52,753 nt of DNA from a virus (taxonomy: Duplodnaviria > Caudoviricetes), in the IMG/VR virus record IMGVR_UViG_3300033153_007861, positions 1-52,753 of that record; one strand, 5' to 3'. Position 1 is the stretch's first letter, and each line of letters starts with the position of its first letter. The notes under the pieces are model-generated. The model saw only the letters and a program-made list of their open reading frames with translations. It had not been told where the DNA came from and made no database searches. The translations under genes were made by a program, and so were the position numbers. Positions 1 to 9,500 of the stretch are shown here, piece after piece.

Positions 1-1076
1 CCGTCAACTTGTAAATCATCATCAAAAGTCTTTTTCCCATAGAACTTCTGTATTCCATCGTCTACATGTCCCCACTCAACTCCAGCTCCTGCTTTTTGCA
101 AATCACTCAAATTATTATGAATTGAAATTGGAGAAGTAGTAAATGTCTCCTTAAACACACTTTGTATATTACCCTCATTAGCTAATTCACTTTTCTTAAC
201 AATAATTCTACCTACTAATATACAATGGCTCGTTATTAGTATTGGCAAATTAGATGGTTCGGAACTATCTCTTGCAGCGTCTTCATCCGAATACTCCTCA
301 CCAAGTACTGAATAAATATGTGCATCTTCCTCCACACCTCTATACATCCAATTAACAGTCCATTTCTGATTGCCTAGTGTTGTCAATCCTGTAGCATCTT
401 GGTATTGAGTGTTATTGTATGTAGTTCCAAGTATTTGACTCCACACACTGCCATTGTAAGACATTTGATAGAAATCATCAGTAGCAGTATTTACTGCATC
501 AAGAGTAAGTGGCTCTACGTATGCTTTATATACAATACCTGTCGTTAGTAAAACATTCCTACTAGCATTACCAGATATTACAAGACCTGTGTATCGTGTA
601 AATCTATTTAGCCTACTTAGAGTTTCCAATACTTTATTCATAGCACCAGACCCCATATTGCCAAAATCAATAGGATGTATTGTAGCACCTTCTAAGTAGA
701 TAGAAAATATAGGAATCTTATTAGAACTATTTAAATTATCCTTATTAGTGGTTGTAGCATATATAGGTGTTCCAGAATTATAATCGATGTGAACATAATT
801 AAGGTCTCCATCTACCAATGCTAAGTTATTTATGATAGCTATTGTGTAATTAACAGGAACTCCTGTATAGTTAGCATTATCATACAATGAAGCATTACAG
901 GTTGCTATATTAATTGTACCATCACCATTATTAGTAAGAGCCGGTAAAGTTGACCCAGTTATACCTGCCGTAATGAACTCCGTAGAACCTTGACTGTATG
1001 TATCATCAAAGTTTGAATTTATTTTTGCTCTTATAGCACCCATTGTTTCTAAATTATTTAATACTTGCTTTGCCAT
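1..1076 (-). CDS. Tail fibre/receptor-binding protein, N-terminal part (runs off the left edge; missing from the ORF track)
   Basis: ATG at 1076 preceded by GGAGG. Frame stays open to position 1 (MAKQVLNNLETMGAIRAKINSNFDDTY...HNNLSDLQKAG...HVDDGIQKFYGKKTFDDDLQVDG). Lies at the end of the tail operon. Confidence 0.7.
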   Translation of the reverse strand, partial: MAKQVLNNLETMGAIRAKINSNFDDTYSQGSTEFITAGITGSTLPALTNNGDGTINIATCNASLYDNANYTGVPVNYTIAIINNLALVDGDLNYVHIDYNSGTPIYATTTNKDNLNSSNKIPIFSIYLEGATIHPIDFGNMGSGAMNKVLETLSRLNRFTRYTGLVISGNASRNVLLTTGIVYKAYVEPLTLDAVNTATDDFYQMSYNGSVWSQILGTTYNNTQYQDATGLTTLGNQKWTVNWMYRGVEEDAHIYSVLGEEYSDEDAARDSSEPSNLPILITSHCILVGRIIVKKSELANEGNIQSVFKETFTTSPISIHNNLSDLQKAGAGVEWGHVDDGIQKFYGKKTFDDDLQVD

Positions 1077-1199
1077 TTAATCCTCCCAAATTTCAGTATC
1101 GTTCCAAGTTTCAGTATCTATCCAATAATTAATGGTGTCTATAATCTTTTGATTTAACATAATTAAACTCCTAAGTGATAAATCTAATGAAAAATACAT
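1077..1199 (-). CDS. Small tail-region protein, 40 aa (not in ORF track)
   Basis: GGGGGT SD; MYFSLDLSLRSLIMLNQKIIDTINYWIDTETWNDTEIWED*; its TAA abuts the ATG at 1076. Confidence 0.55.
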   Translation of the reverse strand: MYFSLDLSLRSLIMLNQKIIDTINYWIDTETWNDTEIWED

Positions 1200-1208
1200 A
1201 TTACCCCC

Positions 1209-1484
1209 TTAATGTTTATCATAATGAGCATATATAGTGCCACTAGCGAGTTGTATTTGTGAAGCAGGGAATATTATCACCTGTCCAGTTGCAAAGCTGT
1301 CAGAGGTTAATCCCATAACATTACCGTCAATATCTAAACAACCTGCACCCAACACACAGTCTGATATTACCGTAAAAGCTTGTATATTTCCTTCAAATGC
1401 TGTAGTATTACTAATCTTCTCAATATAGTCTGCATTTGATTGATTAAATTTGTCTCTTTTATTTCTACCTTCATTACTCATCAC
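1209..1484 (-). CDS. Hypothetical virion protein
   Basis: ORF with G-rich SD in the tail operon. Confidence 0.6.
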   Translation of the reverse strand: MMSNEGRNKRDKFNQSNADYIEKISNTTAFEGNIQAFTVISDCVLGAGCLDIDGNVMGLTSDSFATGQVIIFPASQIQLASGTIYAHYDKH

Positions 1485-1491
1485 AACCCCC

Positions 1492-1953
1492 TTAATCTTC
1501 TATTCTAAATGTAATTAACTTCTTTTCAGTTGCTGTAAACTTTATTTTCATATAACTATAATCCCTATTCAAAGGCTTGTATTCAACCACCTCTGCGATC
1601 CCTTCTATATATACGTATTTGTCAGGATTAGGTGATATAAAGCAACGTGTACTTAATAATACTTGATCTATAACTACCGCTATATCTTCATTGACAGCAT
1701 TGAGTTCGATCTCAAAATTCCAAAACACACCGTCTTCTTCTTTTGCAGTAGAGCCATCTAGTAATGTGTCATTACTGTAAAGATATTTAACTTTCCTGTC
1801 TATCTTTAAATCAATAGCTATTTCGCCTTCTATTTCAAGTTCGGATACTCCACCATAAATAATCTTATCTTGCTGTATCCTAACAAGATAATATCCATAA
1901 TCTATATCCTGCATATCTTCGCCAAAACTTATTCCAGCTGTATAATCAAACAT
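1492..1953 (-). CDS. Putative tail protein
   Basis: GGAGG SD; position downstream of tape measure and tail-tip genes. Confidence 0.55.
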   Translation of the reverse strand: MFDYTAGISFGEDMQDIDYGYYLVRIQQDKIIYGGVSELEIEGEIAIDLKIDRKVKYLYSNDTLLDGSTAKEEDGVFWNFEIELNAVNEDIAVVIDQVLLSTRCFISPNPDKYVYIEGIAEVVEYKPLNRDYSYMKIKFTATEKKLITFRIED

Positions 1954-1969
1954 CTAACCTCCTTTTTTC

Positions 1970-4483
1970 CTATAATAAAGTTCCAATTCCATTATTATAA
2001 ACATTACTTCTCTCATTTGAATCTAAATTATAATTAAAAACTCTAAAGTCTTCCAGATATAATCCTGTAGTTCCATCGGAATATATATTAAAAAACTGAC
2101 TTGTATTATCACCTTTAATGTTAAGTCGCCCTATTTGTGAATCAACAACAGTATTGTCCACATATAGCCTTATAAATTCCTGTGTACTATCTATTGATAA
2201 GATTATATGTTTCCATGACCCCATAGGTGTAGCATGTATTACATTTGTAGTTGTATTACTATTAGAAATCTCACAATTCAATTCATTGCCTTTAAACTGT
2301 ATTGCCATATAGTCTAGTGAACTTGTTTTAAATAAAATGTTAATTTTAGTAGTACTAAGTGCAGAATAATAGTTCATCCAAAAAGCAACAGTAATATTGT
2401 TAGAATTTATACTAAATTGTTCAGAAGCTATTAATGACGATGAACTTCCGTATGGCAGATAATAACTATTTCTTATCTTACCAGTTTGATTAATAGTAGT
2501 GCCTGTGTTTGTTAAGTTTTGCTTCTCTGTGCCAAAATTATTAACAACTACTCCTGTCTCCTCTTGTAATTTGTAGTGTAAAATAGGTATGTTTTGAGTT
2601 ATATACTCTTGATATGATTCAAGCTCAATAACTTCTTTGTGTTTAGTCATTTTAGTGATTATACCATAACTAACACCATCTTTAATTAAATTATTGCCTA
2701 TTCTAATATCTTGATTCTTATTCTTGATTTTAACTTTGTAATATATCACATTATTAAATTTATCGTAATACCGTTGCAAAACATAATCGTTTAATAAAAA
2801 ATAATTATCAGGACTTAATAAATTCAACTTGTAATCCTTATTATCAAGCTCCCTTAGATTTAAAGTTATATCCGAAACATCCACATTGCCCAATCCTGCA
2901 TTAGTGATAATATTAATATCTGAATTGAAGAAATTAGATTTTAAACCACTTTGCTTCAGTATATCTGATAAGTAATTGAATATGTTGTAATTCTCCTCAG
3001 TATTATATAATAGATTATCAGAATATGACGAAGACTCCCACCTAGAAGTATATAAATCAGCAGGAACAAGCCCTATAACATCCACGATTATTATTCCTGT
3101 ATAATCAAATATTGTACCATTGCTAATATTTAACCTACCACCACTGTAATTTCTAGTACTAAGAAAGTAATTAGTATTAATATAATCAAATGAATATAAT
3201 CCAAGAGTTATCGTGTCTCCATAATCAGATTTTTGATAACTAGATGTAAAATCTAAAATATTCCACTTATAACCTAATGCTCCATGAATACCGCTTCTTT
3301 GTAATTCAAGCATTATTGTTTCAGTATTGGCACCTAAAAATGTACCAACTGGAATACAACAACCAATAAATTTGTTTCCACCCGAGCTAACTACTGAAAA
3401 ATGCGGGAATATGAATATTTGTTTAGGACTACCTATGACATCATGTATATCAACAGTTCCTACCATATCGTAAGCTCCAAATCCGTTAATTTGTATTAAA
3501 TGAACGAATCTATAGCGTTCTGATGGAGTTTCAGGATCAGTATAATCTCTCTCTGCAACAACTGCTATAGCACCTATATGCCTTTCATCTAAACTAGCTT
3601 GATTTAACGCATTACTAACTTGTGTCGATGTTGGAGAAACTGGCAATTCATCATAGGTATAAACCGTGTCAGCAATTTCATTATACAGGAAATTACTACT
3701 AATCACATCACAAACAACAAACCTATCATCCAATTGACCACTAAGGTTGTTCATGTTTAACCTACTTTGCAAGTCTATCTCTTGCCATTTACTATAACCT
3801 ATAGCTATATCTTTGTTTTGGATAGTAATATTATGCGGAAATCCTTTTGCTTCCAATAACTCATTAGCCCTATGTTCAATAAATGAAAGTACACTACGGC
3901 TATTTGCAGTAGATTGATTTTCCCTAGCTACCTCATTAACATACATACCATTATCACGCAACTTTATTTGACCATAATAAGTAAAATCCATGTTTTCATA
4001 ATCTACTGCGGTATTGAAGTATGTTTTTGCTTTATCTTTTTCAGGTTGTGACAAATTATCATATACATTGTCGGTCACATATTGATACTGATCATTACCT
4101 ACATCTTTAAACTTATAACCCATATTTAAATTTTTAGCAAAATAAAATATACTAACAAATGTTATTGTCATTGTTTTTGTTTTGTAATCGTATGATACTA
4201 AGTTGGAATTTTGCTCAACTGGTATATACATAGAAAAACTACTACTACTAATGAAATCTAAGTTAAGATCACACTGTATAAGCGTCTTGCGATTAACTAT
4301 AGCTGTTTTAATGTAATCCAATTCATCAGTATTAATCATAAAATTTAATGTTAAGTTATCTATTGTTCCGATAAACTTCACGGTATCATTACCAGTAGTG
4401 AATGATATATTATTATCCTTAACTTTATCAGTCAAATCATATTCTACACCATCTATATTTATTTTAATATAATTAGACATCAC
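1970..4483 (-). CDS. Tail tip/baseplate protein with C-terminal LamG (concanavalin A-like) domain
   Basis: Follows the tape measure gene. C-terminus ILHYKLQEETG...ITVAFW...WKHIIL...LYVD...LEDFRVFNYNL is a LamG-like jellyroll pattern. Confidence 0.7.
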   Translation of the reverse strand: MMSNYIKINIDGVEYDLTDKVKDNNISFTTGNDTVKFIGTIDNLTLNFMINTDELDYIKTAIVNRKTLIQCDLNLDFISSSSFSMYIPVEQNSNLVSYDYKTKTMTITFVSIFYFAKNLNMGYKFKDVGNDQYQYVTDNVYDNLSQPEKDKAKTYFNTAVDYENMDFTYYGQIKLRDNGMYVNEVARENQSTANSRSVLSFIEHRANELLEAKGFPHNITIQNKDIAIGYSKWQEIDLQSRLNMNNLSGQLDDRFVVCDVISSNFLYNEIADTVYTYDELPVSPTSTQVSNALNQASLDERHIGAIAVVAERDYTDPETPSERYRFVHLIQINGFGAYDMVGTVDIHDVIGSPKQIFIFPHFSVVSSGGNKFIGCCIPVGTFLGANTETIMLELQRSGIHGALGYKWNILDFTSSYQKSDYGDTITLGLYSFDYINTNYFLSTRNYSGGRLNISNGTIFDYTGIIIVDVIGLVPADLYTSRWESSSYSDNLLYNTEENYNIFNYLSDILKQSGLKSNFFNSDINIITNAGLGNVDVSDITLNLRELDNKDYKLNLLSPDNYFLLNDYVLQRYYDKFNNVIYYKVKIKNKNQDIRIGNNLIKDGVSYGIITKMTKHKEVIELESYQEYITQNIPILHYKLQEETGVVVNNFGTEKQNLTNTGTTINQTGKIRNSYYLPYGSSSSLIASEQFSINSNNITVAFWMNYYSALSTTKINILFKTSSLDYMAIQFKGNELNCEISNSNTTTNVIHATPMGSWKHIILSIDSTQEFIRLYVDNTVVDSQIGRLNIKGDNTSQFFNIYSDGTTGLYLEDFRVFNYNLDSNERSNVYNNGIGTLL

Positions 4484-7400
4484 TAAACTCCAATGTACTT
4501 AATTGTTGATTATATTTACTAGTAGATGGCTCTAAATTAATTGCCATTACATCAGTATTCATAGTCATTGTTCCGCCTATAACCACTGGTGATTTCTCTT
4601 TATTTACCGCAATCAATACTTTATTCATGACATTCACTAACTCGCCTGTTTGGAAAATATTAGGTTGAACATATCCACCATTAGCATAACTTGTTGTGTT
4701 TAAGTTTTTCGGGATTGTTATTGAACCTATTGATCCTGCTTGCATTAGATCTTTAAGTTTAGCACCTTTTTTTGTTAATTCAAGAAGCTTTAACCAATCT
4801 CCAACTTGCCCCTTAACACTTTCTTGGGGAGCTACTATTTCACCACTATGAACAATACCTGCTGGTTGATACTTGCCTCCATCACCAGTATATCCACCTA
4901 CTGCAAAACTTGGTTTAGTCGCCTGTATTTGAGCAACATTAGCCATTCCCTTAGCAACAACACTGGCCATTAATACATAATTTAAAGGTGGTACTGTAGA
5001 AGCAAGAGCTTTGTTTGCCGCTGAAAATGTACTTATAATAGCTTCGGCAGTAGAAAGAGCCTTCCAAATTCCAAATTGTTTTTTACCCATAGATTTAGCT
5101 ACATCTGCAAAATTACCTAATGCTGTGATAGAGGCATTAATAGCTTGATCTTCTAACTTTATAATAGCTATTCTATCATTAGCAGCTTTCTCTTTAATCG
5201 CCGTTAATGCAGATTCGTATTGTTCGCCTAGTAATAGTTTTTGCTCATTAGCTAACTCTATAGCATCTATCTCTCTTTGATCAATTTCCATCGTGGCTTC
5301 TATTCCAGCTAGTGTAGCAGGTACTCTCTCATCCACACCACCAATGCCAACTCTTTTTAGCAATATGTCTTTAGTTCTCAACTCTCGTATTTTAATATTT
5401 TCAATTTCTTCATCAGTATGCTTTTTTAACAAATTTAACTTAGCTTGATAATATTGCTGGTCATTGGCTAATTTTCTCTTATTTGCCTCAACCTCAGTAA
5501 TTTCCTCTCTGTCTGCAGCTTGACTAATAACTACTTGTGCATCAGCCTGATATTTTTTAAGCAAATTAAGATCATCTACATAACCTTTAGTTTTCTCTAT
5601 ATATTGCTTGACAATTAACTCTTTTGTTTTACCAAGTATTTCACCGATCAATAAAGCATTTGAATTTTTCTGTATCTTCATTTCTTCCTGAAGAGTTACT
5701 CTTCTTAATTGTGCTAATCTCGTTAAATTCTCTTGCTCTTTCTTTCGTGCATCTCTTAAATACTTATTACGAATACTACTTTTGAGTTGATTAGTTTTCG
5801 CTAATATCATTACATCAGTTTTACTATTATGTTTTAAATCTTCTTTCCAACTTGCTATAAACTTTTCAGCTTCCTTGAGTTCATTTTGCATTGCATTAGT
5901 ATCTAAAAACACGGACAATCTTTCTAATTCAGAAACCTTACCTGATGCTTGCGACAACTCCTTATTAAACTCTTTTGTGAATTCTAACATAGATCTAAAA
6001 CTATCACTTGATCGCTTAGAAACCAGTCCAAGCTCGTCCATTTGTGCATTAATAGATTTTTGTGCATTAACACCAGATCTTAATGATAAATTTATTTCAT
6101 CTTGTATTATTTTTTGTTGCTCAAGGTTTTTTTTATGATTAGTAAGTGCATATTGTATATTACCATGCTGCCGCATACTCATTTCTCCAGCAAGAAACAA
6201 TTCCTTCATTTGATTTCTCAAAGCATCTACATTTTCTATGTTTGTCAATTTAGACACATCTATGTCTGGAGTTTCGCCCTTAAAAATGTCAAATCTTCCT
6301 GTATCAAATGCTTTTTTTACATCAACAACTAATTTGCTAAAGGATTTTTCGTCTAACAATTTTAACTCAAACTCTTTACCTAATACAATTAATTCTTTAA
6401 GTTTTTGAACCTTCATGTCCAAACCAACCTGCTCGACCTTGTTAAGTTTTTCAGTATCAGTTATTAGTTCGTCAAGATTCATCATTCCAAATGCTTCAGG
6501 AGACAATTTTTTTAGTTTTTCAAATATATCCGTTATACCTTCTGTTTTAACTCCGCCACTTTGCTGTATGAGTTTTTTGAGAACAGAAGTATATATCTTA
6601 ATAGACTCAATATTCTTATCTATATCTTTAATTTCCAAATTTACTACTTTTTCTCGAACAACACTTCTCATTCTGTCAAGTATCTTGTTTAGAAGCTCAC
6701 TCTTTTCAATAACTTTACCTATTCCAGCAAACCAATCACTAGTGAAATTAACTATTTGTTTCATCTTACCTAATGTAGTTTCAAGTTCCGTAGCTGCTAA
6801 ATCACCTACTTGTCCTTCTACAATATCAAGAATCATCTCTTGAGCTTTCAATAATTCATTCATCTCTGCATATTGTTTAATCTGTTTAGTTTGCTCTTTC
6901 GTGAATGATACACCAGCTCTATTCATTGCACCTAGGTTTCGTACTGGATCCTGCAATACTTTCCCAAGTTGTTTAGATGAGTTTTGTAAGCCACCAAATA
7001 CTGCGTCTAAATCTAATGCTAGCTGATTAGCCCTAACAAATACCGTATCTAATCCTTTTTCTCTTGCAGATTCAGACATTTCATGCTTAAGTTCCATAAA
7101 GGTTAATAATATGTTTGTTGACTGCTTAAGTATCTCTTCATCAGCCATAATTGTATTATCTTGAAGTTTCTTTACCAATACAGCTATATCAGAGGCGTTT
7201 ATATTAGCATACCTACCTGTAGCCTTAATTAACTCTTGGGACTTCCTGAGTGCCACATTTTGTTCATTATATATACTTAATAATTTATATGCACCTGCTA
7301 TCATTGGCAAAAAAACAAATACCATTTCCATCAATGCCCTACGAACCATTCTTATGGCTTTAATTGCACCTTGTGTTGCATTTTGTACTTTTTTCCAAGC

Positions 7401-7619
7401 TGGAACTTGTTTGTTTATAGTATTAATCATATTATTTATTTCTTGTTCTATTTTTTTTGCATTAGCTACAGCTTTTTGAGCTGCCTCATTGCTTATTATA
7501 TCAGCCCTAGCAGTTTTCTCAATCTTCTTATTTAATTTATCTATCTTTTGAGTTAGTTTTTCTAATTTGTCTATTGCTTTTTTAGCGCTAATATCAACAC
7601 CAATTTTAATATCTGCCAT
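4473..7619 (-). CDS. Tape measure protein
   Basis: 1048-aa helical protein after the tail chaperones; LGKVLQDPVRNLGAMNRAGVSFT and FAVGGYTGDGGKYQPAGIVHSGE motifs. Confidence 0.9.
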   Translation of the reverse strand: MADIKIGVDISAKKAIDKLEKLTQKIDKLNKKIEKTARADIISNEAAQKAVANAKKIEQEINNMINTINKQVPAWKKVQNATQGAIKAIRMVRRALMEMVFVFLPMIAGAYKLLSIYNEQNVALRKSQELIKATGRYANINASDIAVLVKKLQDNTIMADEEILKQSTNILLTFMELKHEMSESAREKGLDTVFVRANQLALDLDAVFGGLQNSSKQLGKVLQDPVRNLGAMNRAGVSFTKEQTKQIKQYAEMNELLKAQEMILDIVEGQVGDLAATELETTLGKMKQIVNFTSDWFAGIGKVIEKSELLNKILDRMRSVVREKVVNLEIKDIDKNIESIKIYTSVLKKLIQQSGGVKTEGITDIFEKLKKLSPEAFGMMNLDELITDTEKLNKVEQVGLDMKVQKLKELIVLGKEFELKLLDEKSFSKLVVDVKKAFDTGRFDIFKGETPDIDVSKLTNIENVDALRNQMKELFLAGEMSMRQHGNIQYALTNHKKNLEQQKIIQDEINLSLRSGVNAQKSINAQMDELGLVSKRSSDSFRSMLEFTKEFNKELSQASGKVSELERLSVFLDTNAMQNELKEAEKFIASWKEDLKHNSKTDVMILAKTNQLKSSIRNKYLRDARKKEQENLTRLAQLRRVTLQEEMKIQKNSNALLIGEILGKTKELIVKQYIEKTKGYVDDLNLLKKYQADAQVVISQAADREEITEVEANKRKLANDQQYYQAKLNLLKKHTDEEIENIKIRELRTKDILLKRVGIGGVDERVPATLAGIEATMEIDQREIDAIELANEQKLLLGEQYESALTAIKEKAANDRIAIIKLEDQAINASITALGNFADVAKSMGKKQFGIWKALSTAEAIISTFSAANKALASTVPPLNYVLMASVVAKGMANVAQIQATKPSFAVGGYTGDGGKYQPAGIVHSGEIVAPQESVKGQVGDWLKLLELTKKGAKLKDLMQAGSIGSITIPKNLNTTSYANGGYVQPNIFQTGELVNVMNKVLIAVNKEKSPVVIGGTMTMNTDVMAINLEPSTSKYNQQLSTLEFSDV

Positions 7620-7633
7620 ACAACCCCCTTTTG

Positions 7634-7975
7634 TTAATTATTTAACACATTATTACAATCTCTATATATAGATAATCTAAAAGCCTCCATAAAATCCATT
7701 TCAAGCAAAGCATTATAGTGTAAAGGGTTGCCATTACTCCACATAATTAAACTATTATCAATAAAACTTTTTAAATTATCAATATTGAACTTTAATTCCG
7801 TACCAAGAAGACTACTGATACTATCCCTTGCATCACTCTTGATACGGTTTATTTTTTGTGTCAACTTATCATTAGATCCTAATTGTTTGTACTGCCGTCC
7901 AATCCGCTCAGTAATTCCGTTAAGACTGTTCCGTATTTTGGATATTTCGATAATGTCTTCTTGTATTTTTTTTTT
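7634..7975 (-). CDS. -1 frame extension of the tail assembly chaperone (gpGT-like)
   Basis: The -1 frame is open from the A10 run (7966-7975) to TAA at 7634 (KKKIQEDIIEISKIRNSLNG...); includes track ORF 7634..7864. Confidence 0.75.
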   Translation of the reverse strand, partial: KKKIQEDIIEISKIRNSLNGITERIGRQYKQLGSNDKLTQKINRIKSDARDSISSLLGTELKFNIDNLKSFIDNSLIMWSNGNPLHYNALLEMDFMEAFRLSIYRDCNNVLNN

Positions 7976-8214
7976 AATTCCTCTATCAATTCCAAGATCT
8001 TACCAAAATCACCATCAGAACCTTCTTTATTATCAATGTCACTTGCCGTCACAGCATTTTTATTTCTATCAGTTAATATTAACGCAAGTAATTCACTCTC
8101 ATTCTTACAAACCCCATTATCGTCCCATAAACCAGCAAGTATTCTAAGCTCTTTGAATTTCAAGGATGATTTTACTAAAAAAGGTTCTCCGAATAATGTA
8201 ATATCATTTTTCAT
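7879..8214 (-). CDS. Tail assembly chaperone (gpG-like)
   Basis: Between tail tube and tape measure genes; contains an A AAA AAA slippery site. Confidence 0.75.
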   Translation of the reverse strand: MKNDITLFGEPFLVKSSLKFKELRILAGLWDDNGVCKNESELLALILTDRNKNAVTASDIDNKEGSDGDFGKILELIEELKKKYKKTLSKYPKYGTVLTELLSGLDGSTNN

Positions 8215-8226
8215 AATTATATTCCT

Positions 8227-8904
8227 TTATCTATTATTTATAATACCGCCGTTTGTTTGTATTAAAGCTATATCAGATTCTGATAACATTCTATTTTTAT
8301 AATATCCAAATTCCTGTACTTTCATATTATAAGCACCAAGCAATTCGTACCCACCTAACGAAATATGACCATCAAACGAACTTAAATCTGTACCACCAAC
8401 ATCAGTAGTTTGTTTCACGCCATCTATCCAAACTTCCAATATCGATGAATCCCAACGACATATAACTATATACCACTCCCCAACATTCATAGGATTTGTG
8501 TAAGTATATTCTCGTTGAGGATATACAGAACTACGAAAAATAACCGCTGCATTAGAAATGCCAATCAAGCTACTTGGTACTTCGGCTTCTAACCTAGATA
8601 TAAAAAGTTGTGCATCTACATCATCCCTTTTTACAACTAAAACAAATGATCCCTCATTTATTGTTTCTGTAACAACATCTGCTAATATTGTATTATTACC
8701 ACTAGACAATTGATAAGCTCTATTATTATTGCCTTTATTATCAGGAATTAACACAGGATTTGTTCCTGCATCCCCAAAACTACCATCATTACCGTTCCCA
8801 CTTTCATCATAAACGACCGTATCGCTTGTTTCAGTGAATGCAAACAGTTGATACAGTCCATCTTGAAGTTGTGTTGGAATAGGGTCAATTGTCCCCGCAG
8901 TAAC
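8227..8904 (-). CDS. LamG-domain extension in frame with the tail tube gene beyond one TGA (probable readthrough product)
   Basis: Open from immediately after TGA 8905-8907: VTAGTIDPIPTQLQDGLYQLFAFTETSDTVVYDESGNGNDG... to 8227; track ORF 8227..8754 is its 3' part. Confidence 0.7.
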   Translation of the reverse strand, partial: VTAGTIDPIPTQLQDGLYQLFAFTETSDTVVYDESGNGNDGSFGDAGTNPVLIPDNKGNNNRAYQLSSGNNTILADVVTETINEGSFVLVVKRDDVDAQLFISRLEAEVPSSLIGISNAAVIFRSSVYPQREYTYTNPMNVGEWYIVICRWDSSILEVWIDGVKQTTDVGGTDLSSFDGHISLGGYELLGAYNMKVQEFGYYKNRMLSESDIALIQTNGGIINNR

Positions 8905-9480
8905 TCAGGTCAAATCAATACGCTCGTAAGGATTCGATTTACCCGGCACTTTACGACCAGTGATTGTTAGATCTTCTGCCATAAGTAGAACCTTACCACC
9001 TATGTTAGATGTATAACCACCCATATCACCTTTATACATGAAGTATAAATCAGAAGGATCACTCTCGTTACTATCCTCGTACCTAATCATAATGTAAGGA
9101 AAGTTTTCTTCCGCCATTACTTCTAAAGCCTTGCTTAACTTGCTTGTTTTCATTTCAATAAAGTTAATGCCACTAAAAGTAGACGACTTGGTCTTTATAG
9201 ATGCCACCACTTCACTAAATCCACTATATTTAGGTTCTTTGTCAACATTATATCCAAATTGAAATGGATTCTCATCTGTATTACCTAGACAAGAATACGA
9301 ATCACTTGGTAAGACGAATTGTTTCGTGGTTGTATTATAATAATCAGCTATATCATAACTTGGTACACCAGCATTATATACTTGTTCACAAACATATACA
9401 ATACCAGCACCTTTTGTTGTACTTGTGGCAGTGATGTCCCTAGTATTATTTAGAGCTGCTACTTCCGCAGGTAATGCCAT
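8905..9480 (-). CDS. Major tail (tube) protein
   Basis: 191 aa, upstream of the chaperones, GAGGT SD; paralogous to the C-terminal part of 9501..10787. Confidence 0.7.
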   Translation of the reverse strand: MALPAEVAALNNTRDITATSTTKGAGIVYVCEQVYNAGVPSYDIADYYNTTTKQFVLPSDSYSCLGNTDENPFQFGYNVDKEPKYSGFSEVVASIKTKSSTFSGINFIEMKTSKLSKALEVMAEENFPYIMIRYEDSNESDPSDLYFMYKGDMGGYTSNIGGKVLLMAEDLTITGRKVPGKSNPYERIDLT

Positions 9481-9500
9481 TCTATACCTCTCTTTCTTTA

